Below, piece after piece: positions 1 to 7,953 of a stretch of DNA of 13,122 nt. Position 1 is the first letter of the stretch, and every line of letters starts with the position of its first letter. The notes under the pieces are model-generated. The model was given only the letters and a program-made list of their open reading frames with translations. It was not told where the DNA came from and ran no database searches. This DNA comes from Lachnospiraceae bacterium. GTDB lineage: Bacteria > Bacillota > Clostridia > Lachnospirales > Anaerotignaceae. The position numbers and the translations under genes are program-made. The stretch is taken from the NCBI GenBank assembly GCA_003543235.1, contig DPJA01000019.1:1-13122 (forward strand), in the 5' to 3' direction.

Positions 1-1
1 T

Positions 2-313
2 GCAAATGACTTTGGAAAACTTGAATTGATAGGAAAGTCACTTACTTTTGAGGAACCAGACCATGAGTCTTTTAAGTCAATAAGATTATCTTATAAGGCT
101 CTTGATACAGGCGGGACGATGCCAGCAGTATTAAATGCATCAAATGAGGCTGCGGTAAATTTGTTTTTAAATAGGAAAATTCGCTTTTTAGATATACAAG
201 ATTTGGTTGAGCAGTGTATGAAAGGTCACAAAACAATTCAAAATGCAACGTTAAATGATATACTGAATGCAGAAACATGGGCAAAAGAAGCGGTACATAA
301 ATTATTAAATTAA
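2..313 (+). CDS. dxr: 1-deoxy-D-xylulose 5-phosphate reductoisomerase (Dxr), C-terminal fragment; the 5' end lies upstream of the window
   Basis: Frame 2 is open from the window edge to TAA at 311-313. Translation ...TGGTMPAVLNASNEAAVNLFLNRKIRFLDIQDLVEQ... matches the conserved C-terminal helical domain of Dxr (compare E. coli ...[24 protein letters not shown]...). The 'M' at 26 in the ORF track is a TTG inside the longer frame, not the true start. Confidence 0.85.
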   Translation, partial: ANDFGKLELIGKSLTFEEPDHESFKSIRLSYKALDTGGTMPAVLNASNEAAVNLFLNRKIRFLDIQDLVEQCMKGHKTIQNATLNDILNAETWAKEAVHKLLN

Positions 314-345
314 AAATATATAAGTTGTATTAAATATCTTATACA

Positions 346-492
346 AAAGAGTGCAGAGAAGCTCAAAAAACAATGGACAATTTACAATGCAAAATGCAAA
401 ATGCAAAAAAAAGAGCGCAGAGAAGCTTTGCCGGGGTGCGGGGTGCCGCACAGCTCACTTCTCACCAGCCCCCGAAGTCGGCTGGTGGAAAT
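346..492 (+). promoter_or_regulatory. GC-rich, repeat-containing structured element in the dxr-rseP spacer (candidate leader RNA, attenuator or REP-like element)
   Basis: Direct repeat AAAGAGYGCAGAGAAGCT at 346-363 and 410-427. Tandem (ATGCAAA)x3 at 387-407. Tandem (CGGGGTG)x2 at 432-445. Perfect 8-bp hairpin CACCAGCC (463-470) / GGCTGGTG (480-487) with a 9-nt loop. GAGAAG (419-424) can pair with CTTCTC (458-463), enclosing a GCGG..CCGC mini-hairpin. Local GC is far above the surrounding roughly 30% GC spacer. No U-tract follows the hairpin. Confidence 0.35.
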
Positions 493-521
493 ACAAAATA
501 AATTGCATCGGGGAGGAAGAA

Positions 522-1574
522 ATGTTAAGTACATTATTGATAGTAATCGAGGTTATTCTTGTATTTAGTGCGTTAATACTTATTCATGAGTTTGGACATT
601 TTATTGTTGCAAAGGCTGTAGGTATAAAGGTTCATGAATTTTCTCTTGGTATGGGGCCAAGAATAACTGGGATTAAAAGAGGAGAAACAGAGTATAATCT
701 AAGGGCGATTCCAATCGGTGGATTTATAAGACCTGAAGGTGAAGATGCTGAATCGGAGGATCCAAGGGCTTTTGGGAATAAGCCCTTATGGGCAAGAGCT
801 GCGGTTGTGGCTGCAGGCCCGATATCTAATTTTATTTTGGCATTTATAATAATCATTGCTTTATTTACCTATCTTGGAAGACCTGCAATCATTGTAGGAA
901 ATTTAACTGCAGGGATGCCTGCTGCGAGTTCAGGACTTCAGGTTGGTGATGTAATAACAAAGATAAATGATAAAAATGTCTTTTTCCCTCCTGAACTTAT
1001 TAAACAAATAAGTTCATCAAAGGATGCAAAAATTTCTATGACTGTCATAAGAAATAACAAAGAATTGAGATTCAATATTCCAAAGGTGTATTCACAAACA
1101 GAAAAGCGCTTTATGGTAGGAGTACTTCCTGTTCAAGAAGCAGCAGGTTTTGTGCAATCTAACTATTGGGAGAATTTAAAGTTATCACCCATTTACCTAG
1201 CTGCAATTGTGGATGAAATAGGTAGGGGATTAAAAGGCTTATTCACCGGTCAAGTTTCAAAGGATGAAGTTGGAGGACCAGTAAAAATAATTCAAATTAC
1301 AAGTGAAGTCGCAAAAACAGGCATTTTTAATCTATTGAATCTATTGGCGTTATTGAGTCTAAACTTAGGTATAGTTAATCTTTTCCCTATACCTGCGCTT
1401 GATGGTGGGAGACTTATATTTTTTGCTATTGAAGGTATTAGAGGAAAGCCAATTGAACAGAAAAAAGAGGCAGTAGCTCATATGGTTGGGTTTGTTTTTC
1501 TAATATCACTGATTATTTTAATAACAATTAATGATATAAAGCCATGGCTACAAAAGCTTTGGGTGTTATTCTAA
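522..1574 (+). CDS. rseP: RIP (site-2) zinc metalloprotease RseP/RasP family
   Basis: ATG at 522, preceded by GGGGAGG (510-516) at 5-nt spacing. The protein begins with a TM helix followed by the HEFGHF (HExxH) motif. It has a PDZ-like segment (GLQVGDVITKINDK) and the C-terminal LDGG motif (NLFPIPALDGGRL). Co-linear with E. coli RseP and B. subtilis RasP. The 351-521 in-frame extension shown in the ORF track is rejected (see noticed_but_rejected). Confidence 0.9.
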   Translation: MLSTLLIVIEVILVFSALILIHEFGHFIVAKAVGIKVHEFSLGMGPRITGIKRGETEYNLRAIPIGGFIRPEGEDAESEDPRAFGNKPLWARAAVVAAGPISNFILAFIIIIALFTYLGRPAIIVGNLTAGMPAASSGLQVGDVITKINDKNVFFPPELIKQISSSKDAKISMTVIRNNKELRFNIPKVYSQTEKRFMVGVLPVQEAAGFVQSNYWENLKLSPIYLAAIVDEIGRGLKGLFTGQVSKDEVGGPVKIIQITSEVAKTGIFNLLNLLALLSLNLGIVNLFPIPALDGGRLIFFAIEGIRGKPIEQKKEAVAHMVGFVFLISLIILITINDIKPWLQKLWVLF

Positions 1575-1595
1575 TATTTGGGGGAGAGTACTGTA

Positions 1596-2651
1596 ATGAT
1601 TTCCATAAATAGAAAAATTACGAAAAAAGTTCGAGTAGGCAGTCTATATATAGGTGGAGATTCATCTATTACCATTCAATCTATGACAAATACTGATACA
1701 AGAGATGTTAAGGCTACTGTAGAACAGATAAAAAGGCTTGAAGATGTAGGGTGTGAGATTGTCAGAGTAGCAATACCTGATATGCAGGCTGCAGAATGTA
1801 TTAATGATATTAAAAAGCAAATTAATATACCATTGGTATGTGATATACATTTTGACCATAAATTAGCTTTAGAATGTATAAAAAGAGGAGTCGACAAGGT
1901 AAGAATTAATCCTGGAAATATAGGTGACATAGATAGAGTAAAACAGGTAGTTACGGCAGCTAAAGAAAGAGGGGTTCCAATTCGAATTGGAGTCAATTCT
2001 GGCTCTTTAGAAAAACCTTTGTTGGATAAGTATGGAGTTAGCGCTTATGCGATGGTGCAAAGTGCGCTTGGACATATAAAAATACTTGAAGACCTTGATT
2101 TTAATGATATTATCGTTTCTCTAAAGGCTAGCAATGTTCCGCTTACAGTTGAGACATATAAGGAGTTTTCAAAAGTTTCAGATTATCCTCTACATGTTGG
2201 AGTTACTGAGGCTGGCACAGTTTGGTCGGGAACAATCAAGTCTGCAGTAGGAATAGGAAGTATACTTTCTCAAGGAATTGGAGATACATTGAGGGTATCG
2301 TTAACTGGTGACCCTGTGGAGGAAATTGGTGTCGGGATTAATATTTTAAAATCGCTTAAAATCAGAAAAGATGGAATAGATTTTATCTCTTGTCCGACGT
2401 GCGGAAGAACACAAGTCGATTTAATTACCATTGCAAATGAGGTCGAAAAAAGACTTTCTCAAGTGGACAAGCCACTTAAGGTTGCAGTAATGGGCTGCGC
2501 TGTAAATGGACCTGGTGAAGCACGAGAAGCTGATATAGGCATTGCAGGAGGTAAAGGTGAGGTTATACTCTTTAAAAAAGGTGAGATAGTTAGAAAAATT
2601 CCTGAGGAAAATGCGATTGATGAATTGCTAAGAGAAATCGAGAAAATGTAA
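1596..2651 (+). CDS. ispG: 4-hydroxy-3-methylbut-2-enyl diphosphate synthase (IspG/GcpE)
   Basis: ATG at 1596 with GGGGGAGAG SD (1581-1589). Near co-linear similarity to E. coli IspG: [44 protein letters not shown] and the [4Fe-4S] Cys motif CPTCGRT...GCAVNGPGE. The track start at 1578 is a TTG 6 codons upstream without a better SD. Confidence 0.92.
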   Translation: MISINRKITKKVRVGSLYIGGDSSITIQSMTNTDTRDVKATVEQIKRLEDVGCEIVRVAIPDMQAAECINDIKKQINIPLVCDIHFDHKLALECIKRGVDKVRINPGNIGDIDRVKQVVTAAKERGVPIRIGVNSGSLEKPLLDKYGVSAYAMVQSALGHIKILEDLDFNDIIVSLKASNVPLTVETYKEFSKVSDYPLHVGVTEAGTVWSGTIKSAVGIGSILSQGIGDTLRVSLTGDPVEEIGVGINILKSLKIRKDGIDFISCPTCGRTQVDLITIANEVEKRLSQVDKPLKVAVMGCAVNGPGEAREADIGIAGGKGEVILFKKGEIVRKIPEENAIDELLREIEKM

Positions 2652-2666
2652 GTAGGAGAATGTACT

Positions 2667-5600
2667 ATGGCACAGTTACAAGGTATTTTTGAATTATTCC
2701 CTGATATTGGTATAGATAACGAACTTAGGTCATATTTTAAGGATTCGGCAATATCTAATATAAATATTTATAATAAAGAAAAGAAGATTGAGATTGTTCT
2801 AGATTCTGCTTTCCTGATTCCAAGGGAAGCAGTTTTTAAAGTTTCTGAAAAGATTCAAAAGAAATATAAGCTTGATACTTTGAAAATTAAAGTTAAATAT
2901 ACAAAAATTGAAGGAACACCTGAGGAAATTCTTTTTACATATTGGGCAAGTGCAGTTGCACATTTAAAATCAACTATTCCTATAAGCAAGGCGATATTGC
3001 ATGGCGCCCAGTGGAGCGTTGATGGAAATAAATTAAATGTTAATCTTAAAACATGTGGAGCAGAATTGCTGGATTCAAAAGGCTGCTGTAGGGAAATTGA
3101 AAATCTTCTTAGTGATGAATTAGGAATTAATCTAAAGGTTGTACTGCACAATCCAAAACTCACAAAAGAAGAACAGGACCACTATGATACGCTAAAAGGC
3201 AATACTGAACTTAAGGTAATGAAAGAAACTTTAAGCAAACCGTCTGAAGTAATTGTTCAAAAAAGTGAAGTTCAAGAAACAACTCCCCTTCAAAATATTG
3301 GGCCAATTGATTTAATTCATGGAAAACATATTAAGAGCGGTGAAATAACAGGTATTTTTGGATTAAACGATGACTCGAGAAAGGTTATAGTTGAAGGTGA
3401 TATTATAAAAGTCGAAAGTAGAGAGATAACCAGTGGAAAGTTCCTCATTTCGTTTGATATTACCGATTATAAAGGAAGCATTACGGCTAAAATTTTTATA
3501 AAGCCTCAAGTATTTGAAAAAATCAATGAAAATCTAAAAGTGGGTATTAGAGTAAGAGTTCAAGGTGACGTTGTTTTTGACAAATATGTTCGTGAAGTGA
3601 TTATAATGGCAACAAATATAGTTAAGCTTGAAAAGAAAGTGCGTAAGGATAAGGCAGATCAAAAAAGATCTGAACTTCACTTACATACTAAAATGAGTGC
3701 TATGGATGGTTTGTCTTCTGTAAAAGATATTGTAAAACGCGCTGCATCTTGGGGACACAAGGCTATTGCAATCACTGATCATGGAGTTGTTCAAGCATTC
3801 CCTGATGCTTTTGATGCTGGAGAGAGTCATGGAATAAAAATAATTTATGGCGTTGAGTGTTATCTTGTTGATGATAAGGCACCTATTGTTGCTAATACTT
3901 CTGATGAAAGCCTCGATGATACATTTGTTGTATTTGATATAGAAACAACAGGGCTTCATGCTGAAAGGGATAAGATTACTGAGATTGGGGCAGTTAAAGT
4001 TTCAAAGGGTGAAATTATTGATTCTTTTAATACCTTTGTAAATCCAGGTATTCCAATTCCACACAAGATTACTGAACTCACTGGAATAACCGATCAGATG
4101 GTTGAAGATGCTCAGTCAATCGAAGAAATACTTCCAAAGTTTTTGGAGTTTGTAGGAGATGCAACTTTTGTTGCTCATAATGCAAGCTTTGATATGGGAT
4201 TTATAAGATATAATGCAAGGAATCAAGAGATTAACATTTTAAATCCTGTAGTTGATACTCTTGAGCTTTCAAGGCTACTACTTACTAATCTTAAAAAACA
4301 TAAGCTCAATATTGTTTGCGAGCACCTTGGAGTAACCTTGGAGAATCATCACAGGGCAGTTGATGATGCGAAGGCAACTGCATATGTGTTTATTAAATTT
4401 ATAGATATTCTAAAGGATAAAGGTATCGATAGCCTTCAAGATATAAACAAAAAGCTTGGAGATTCAAAGAAGCTCTCAAATATGGGTTCATACCATGCAA
4501 TAATTCTTGTAAAAGATTATAAAGGACTTAGAAACTTATATGAGTTGATTTCAATATCTCATTTGAAACATTTTTACAAAAAACCCAGAATACCTAAAAC
4601 GCTTCTGCTAGAACATAAAGAAGGTCTTATTATAGGTTCTGCATGTGAGGCGGGAGAGTTATATAGTGCAATACTTAATCATAAAGGAGACGAAGAAATA
4701 GAAAAAATAGCTGAATTTTATGATTATCTTGAAATTCAGCCGATTTCAAATAATATGTTCTTAGTTGAAAATCAGAAGGTTAAATCAGTTGAAGATTTAA
4801 AAGCTATCAATAAAAAAATTGTAGATCTAGGAGAGAAGCTTAAAAAACTAGTTGTTGCAACTTGCGATGTTCATTATTTAGATCCTGTAGATGATATTTT
4901 TAGAAGAATTCTTTTGAAGGGTCAAGGGTTTGAGGATGGAGACAAAGAGTCTTTTTTATATTTAAGAACAACAGATGAGATGCTTAGAGAATTTGCATAT
5001 TTGGGTGATGAGAAATGCTTTGAAGTGGTTGTTACAAATCCAAACAATATTGCGGATCAAATTGAAGAAATAATTCCTATTCCTAAGGAAACCTTTCCAC
5101 CTAAAATTGATGGTGCAGAAGAAGAACTCCAAAGGCTAACATTGGATAAAGCTAAAGAAATTTATGGAGACCCTATTCCACAAATTGTACAGGAAAGAAT
5201 TGATAAAGAACTTAATTCAATTATAAAAAATGGTTTTGCGGTTATGTACATAATAGCTCAGAAACTTGTTTGGAAATCATTAAATGATGGATATCTTGTA
5301 GGGTCAAGAGGGTCTGTTGGCTCATCATTAGTTGCAAATTTGAGTGGCATAACAGAGGTAAATGCGTTACCTCCTCATTATGTATGCCCAAACTGCAGAC
5401 ATTCGGAGTTTATTGTGGATGGTTCAGTAGGTTCGGGTTTTGACCTCCCTGACAAGGTTTGCCCAAAATGCGAAACTGAAATGATGGGAAACGGTCATGA
5501 TATACCTTTTGAAACCTTTCTTGGTTTTGACGGCGATAAAGAGCCGGATATAGACCTTAACTTCTCAGGAGAGTATCAGCCTGTGGCACATAAATATACA

Positions 5601-6965
5601 GAAGAATTATTTGGAGAAGGCTATGTATTTAGGGCAGGTACAATAGGTACAATTGCCGAAAAAACAGCCTATGGATTTGTGAAAAAATATCTTGAGGGAA
5701 AAGGTGTTACCACAAATAATGCAGAAATTAATAGACTGGTAATGGGATGTACAGGTGTAAAAAGAACCACAGGACAACATCCTGGAGGTGTAATGATTTT
5801 ACCCAAGGGCCACTCAATCTATGAGTTTTGTCCAATCCAGAGACCTGCAGATGATACGGGTTCTAATACAATTACAACACATTTTGATTATCATTCAATA
5901 AGTGGAAGGCTATTGAAACTTGACATATTAGGACATGATGACCCTACTGCAATTAGGATGCTTGAGGACTTGACAGGTATTGATGCAAAGAAGATAAAAA
6001 TTGGTGAAAAGAACGTAATGAAGCTTTTTACAACACCTGAACCGATGGGAATAAAGCCTGAGGATATAAATAGTGAGGTTGGGAGTTTTGCAATACCTGA
6101 GTTTGGCACAAAATTTGTTCGACAGATGCTGGTGGATACTAAGCCTACAACTATTTCAGAGCTAGTCCGTATATCTGGATTATCACACGGCACCGACGTT
6201 TGGCTCAATAATGCTCAGGAGCTTGTCAGAAATGGAGTAACAACGCTATCAGAAGTTATATCAACTAGGGATGACATCATGGTGTATCTAATATACAGGG
6301 GACTTCCTCCAAAGTCGGCTTTTAAAATTATGGAGGGAGTAAGAAAAGGTAAAGGCTTAAACGATGAGAATGAAGCCTTAATGAGAGAACATAATGTTCC
6401 TGAATGGTATATAGATTCATGTAAGAAGATAAAATATATGTTTCCGAAAGCCCATGCTGCAGCCTACGTAATGATGGGTTTTAGAATAGCATATTTTAAA
6501 CTATATTATCCAGAGGCTTTCTATGCGACTTATTTTACCGTTCGTGCTGATGAGTTCGATGCAGGAATTATGACTCACGGTGCTGAAAAAGTGCAAGTTG
6601 CAATCAAAGAAATTGAACAAAATGGAAATAATGCAACCCAAAAGGAAAAGAATATGCTAACAATTCTTGAAGTAGCAAATGAAATGTACTGTCGCGGACT
6701 AAAATTTGTACCAATTGATATTTATAAATCAGATGCAAAGAGGTTTGTTATTACTCCAGAAGGACTCTTGCCGCCGCTAAATGCGCTTCAAGGCTTAGGT
6801 GTAACTGCTGCCGAGAATATCATAAAAGCCAGGGAAGGCGGCGAGTTTATGTCAAAAGAAGACCTGAGAATTAGGGCAAAAATAAGTAAGACTGTAATTG
6901 AGATAATGGGACAAAATGGATGCCTAGAGCTGCCAGATAGTAATCAAATTAGTTTTTTTGGATGA
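2667..6965 (+). CDS. polC: DNA polymerase III PolC-type (Gram-positive replicative polymerase with intrinsic 3'-5' exonuclease)
   Basis: 1432 aa, ATG at 2667 with AGGAGA SD. PHP domain start (HLHTKMSAMDG...ITDHG). DEDDh exonuclease motifs inserted in the PHP domain (FVVFDIETTGL; HNASFDMGF; HHRAVDDA). Zn-finger CPNCRHSE...CPKCETEM. Pol III alpha catalytic core. C-terminal HhH (LQGLGVTAAENIIKAREGGEF). Size and domain order are typical of PolC. Confidence 0.95.
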   Translation: MAQLQGIFELFPDIGIDNELRSYFKDSAISNINIYNKEKKIEIVLDSAFLIPREAVFKVSEKIQKKYKLDTLKIKVKYTKIEGTPEEILFTYWASAVAHLKSTIPISKAILHGAQWSVDGNKLNVNLKTCGAELLDSKGCCREIENLLSDELGINLKVVLHNPKLTKEEQDHYDTLKGNTELKVMKETLSKPSEVIVQKSEVQETTPLQNIGPIDLIHGKHIKSGEITGIFGLNDDSRKVIVEGDIIKVESREITSGKFLISFDITDYKGSITAKIFIKPQVFEKINENLKVGIRVRVQGDVVFDKYVREVIIMATNIVKLEKKVRKDKADQKRSELHLHTKMSAMDGLSSVKDIVKRAASWGHKAIAITDHGVVQAFPDAFDAGESHGIKIIYGVECYLVDDKAPIVANTSDESLDDTFVVFDIETTGLHAERDKITEIGAVKVSKGEIIDSFNTFVNPGIPIPHKITELTGITDQMVEDAQSIEEILPKFLEFVGDATFVAHNASFDMGFIRYNARNQEINILNPVVDTLELSRLLLTNLKKHKLNIVCEHLGVTLENHHRAVDDAKATAYVFIKFIDILKDKGIDSLQDINKKLGDSKKLSNMGSYHAIILVKDYKGLRNLYELISISHLKHFYKKPRIPKTLLLEHKEGLIIGSACEAGELYSAILNHKGDEEIEKIAEFYDYLEIQPISNNMFLVENQKVKSVEDLKAINKKIVDLGEKLKKLVVATCDVHYLDPVDDIFRRILLKGQGFEDGDKESFLYLRTTDEMLREFAYLGDEKCFEVVVTNPNNIADQIEEIIPIPKETFPPKIDGAEEELQRLTLDKAKEIYGDPIPQIVQERIDKELNSIIKNGFAVMYIIAQKLVWKSLNDGYLVGSRGSVGSSLVANLSGITEVNALPPHYVCPNCRHSEFIVDGSVGSGFDLPDKVCPKCETEMMGNGHDIPFETFLGFDGDKEPDIDLNFSGEYQPVAHKYTEELFGEGYVFRAGTIGTIAEKTAYGFVKKYLEGKGVTTNNAEINRLVMGCTGVKRTTGQHPGGVMILPKGHSIYEFCPIQRPADDTGSNTITTHFDYHSISGRLLKLDILGHDDPTAIRMLEDLTGIDAKKIKIGEKNVMKLFTTPEPMGIKPEDINSEVGSFAIPEFGTKFVRQMLVDTKPTTISELVRISGLSHGTDVWLNNAQELVRNGVTTLSEVISTRDDIMVYLIYRGLPPKSAFKIMEGVRKGKGLNDENEALMREHNVPEWYIDSCKKIKYMFPKAHAAAYVMMGFRIAYFKLYYPEAFYATYFTVRADEFDAGIMTHGAEKVQVAIKEIEQNGNNATQKEKNMLTILEVANEMYCRGLKFVPIDIYKSDAKRFVITPEGLLPPLNALQGLGVTAAENIIKAREGGEFMSKEDLRIRAKISKTVIEIMGQNGCLELPDSNQISFFG

Positions 6966-6995
6966 GTTCAACCCGTCCCAATATGAAATAATGTA

Positions 6996-7016
6996 GGGGC
7001 GTATTGCATACGCTCT
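6996..7016 (+). other. Short stem-loop 3' of polC (GGGGCGTAT-TGC-ATACGCTCT), followed by an A-tract rather than a U-tract
   Basis: GCGTAT (6999-7004) / ATACGC (7008-7013) perfect 6-bp stem with a 3-nt loop, extendable by G-U wobbles. The downstream sequence is CGAAAAAACG, so it is not a canonical + strand intrinsic terminator. It could be a processing or stability hairpin, or a weak terminator. Confidence 0.2.
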
Positions 7017-7041
7017 CGAAAAAACGAGGAGGAATTGACAC

Positions 7042-7290
7042 ATGTATGACGTACCATTAAAAATTCTTTATACGAATTATAAAGGTGAAACTTCGATTAG
7101 GAATATTGTTCCGCAGGAAATTTATTTTGGCAAGACTGATTGGCACCCAAAGGAGCAGTGGCTGCTTCAGGCAACCGACGTTGACAAGGGTGCTGTGAGA
7201 ACCTTTGCGATTGAGGACATTGATTTTATTTATGGAGATAATGATGCGGAAAAGTTGGGAAAAATAAAGAGAATATTTGATGCAGAGTAG
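7042..7290 (+). CDS. Small (82 aa) standalone WYL-like / Sm-like beta-barrel domain protein (hypothetical)
   Basis: ATG at 7042 with strong SD GAGGAGG (7026-7032, 9-nt spacing). The sequence ...KGETSIRNIVPQEIYFGKTDWHPKEQWLLQATDVDKGAVRTFAIEDI... fits the WYL-domain core pattern (R-x-[iv]-x-P, hydrophobic beta strands, W-[YL]-L, R-x-F-x-[li]-x-x-I), with WLL in place of WYL. No HTH or other fused domain is present. The family assignment comes from pattern recognition only. Confidence 0.55.
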   Translation: MYDVPLKILYTNYKGETSIRNIVPQEIYFGKTDWHPKEQWLLQATDVDKGAVRTFAIEDIDFIYGDNDAEKLGKIKRIFDAE

Positions 7291-7327
7291 CTTAAGGTTA
7301 TTGCATTGACAGACTAAATTAAAAAAA

Positions 7328-7357
7328 TTGACACCAGAATAAAGCATGATGTATAAT
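7328..7357 (+). promoter_or_regulatory. Sigma-A-type promoter for the toxin-antitoxin operon: TTGACA-N18-TATAAT
   Basis: TTGACA at 7328-7333 and TATAAT at 7352-7357 (18-nt spacer), about 45 nt upstream of the antitoxin ATG. The -10 is duplicated as TATAATA TATAATA (7352-7365). A second ATTGACA copy sits 22 bp upstream (7305-7311). Confidence 0.55.
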
Positions 7358-7402
7358 ATATAATAAGAATGTGAGAAAATCGGAAAATGGGAGGGGATAT
7401 TA

Positions 7403-7672
7403 ATGATAACTCATTTAAGGGAGCGGTCACAAATAACATTACCGAGTGAAGTTACAAAACAATTGAATTTGAAACCAGGTGATAGCTTGGATATATCGGT
7501 TGAAGATGATAGAATAGTTGTAAAACCTGTAATAATAATTGATAAATCTCAAGCATGGTTTTGGTCAAAAGAATGGTTAGAAAAAGAAAAAGCAGCAGAA
7601 GAGGATTTGAAAAGCGGAAATGTAAACAAAGCAAAAGATGTAAATGATTTAATGAAACAATTGGAGTCATAA
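7403..7672 (+). CDS. Type II antitoxin, AbrB/MazE/SpoVT swapped-hairpin DNA-binding family (PrlF/MazE-like)
   Basis: ATG at 7403 with GGGAGGGG SD (7389-7396). The N-terminal region ITLPSEVTKQLNLKPGDSLDISVEDDRIVVKPV is a typical AbrB/MazE looped-hinge helix / swapped-hairpin fold. The acidic/basic C-terminal tail is typical of toxin-neutralising segments. The stop at 7670-7672 lies 1 nt before the downstream toxin ATG, indicating translational coupling. Confidence 0.85.
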   Translation: MITHLRERSQITLPSEVTKQLNLKPGDSLDISVEDDRIVVKPVIIIDKSQAWFWSKEWLEKEKAAEEDLKSGNVNKAKDVNDLMKQLES

Positions 7673-7673
7673 T

Positions 7674-7934
7674 ATGGAAATCTTATTTTTAAATCGATTT
7701 AAGAAAGAGTTCAAGAACTTAAGTATGGAAGAAAAAAAGGCATTTGAAGCTAAAATGAGATTGATGAGTGAAAATCCATATCACCCATCATTAAGAATAA
7801 AGAAAATTCAAGGGAAAGAAAGTATTTTTGAATGTAGTATTACAATGGCGATTAGAATGACATGGGAATATATCAATGACAATATATATCTAAGGGTCAT
7901 TGGAGAACATGATTATACATTAAAAAATCCATAA
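7674..7934 (+). CDS. Type II toxin, RelE/ParE superfamily (RelE/StbE/YafQ-like mRNA interferase fold)
   Basis: 86 aa, with ATG 1 nt after the antitoxin stop. Pattern F-K-K-E-F-K-N-L...ENPYHPSLRIKKIQGKE...FECSI...IRMTWEYINDNIYLRVIGEHD matches the RelE/ParE consensus (…nP..g..Lkg….fe.Ri.dyRiiY.i.d..i.il.ig.H…). Pairing an AbrB-fold antitoxin with a RelE-fold toxin has precedent in PrlF-YhaV. Confidence 0.8.
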   Translation: MEILFLNRFKKEFKNLSMEEKKAFEAKMRLMSENPYHPSLRIKKIQGKESIFECSITMAIRMTWEYINDNIYLRVIGEHDYTLKNP

Positions 7935-7953
7935 ATATTAAGGGAGAATCAAA

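Noticed and set aside
387-445. Short tandem repeats (ATGCAAA)x3 and (CGGGGTG)x2 as a possible CRISPR array or minisatellite
   Set aside because: Far too short, with no spacers and no cas genes. They are better explained as part of the structured element or a repeat element in the dxr-rseP spacer.
351-521. 57-codon N-terminal extension of rseP from GTG 351 (from the ORF track)
   Set aside because: The extension is hydrophilic and Cys/Gly/Arg-rich, with no resemblance to RseP, which begins with a TM helix. The stop-free run is explained by the GC-rich structured element. A strong SD (GGGGAGG) sits directly before ATG 522. GTG 351 lies inside the direct repeat and has no SD.
7057-7347. 96-aa minus-strand ORF antisense to the WYL-like gene and the TA promoter
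   Set aside because: It is a shadow ORF opposite a + strand CDS with a strong SD. It has no SD of its own, its composition is low-complexity (L/I/N-rich from AT-rich antisense), and it spans an obvious promoter region.
7935-7953. T-box or other leader upstream of gltX
   Set aside because: Only 19 bp separate the toxin stop from the gltX ATG. There is no room for a riboswitch or T-box leader.
6966-7953. Mobile-element hallmarks (integrase, transposase, flanking direct repeats or tRNA) around the WYL/TA insert
   Set aside because: None were seen. There is no transposase-like ORF, no terminal inverted repeats and no tRNA gene. The insert is called accessory only from gene content and position.
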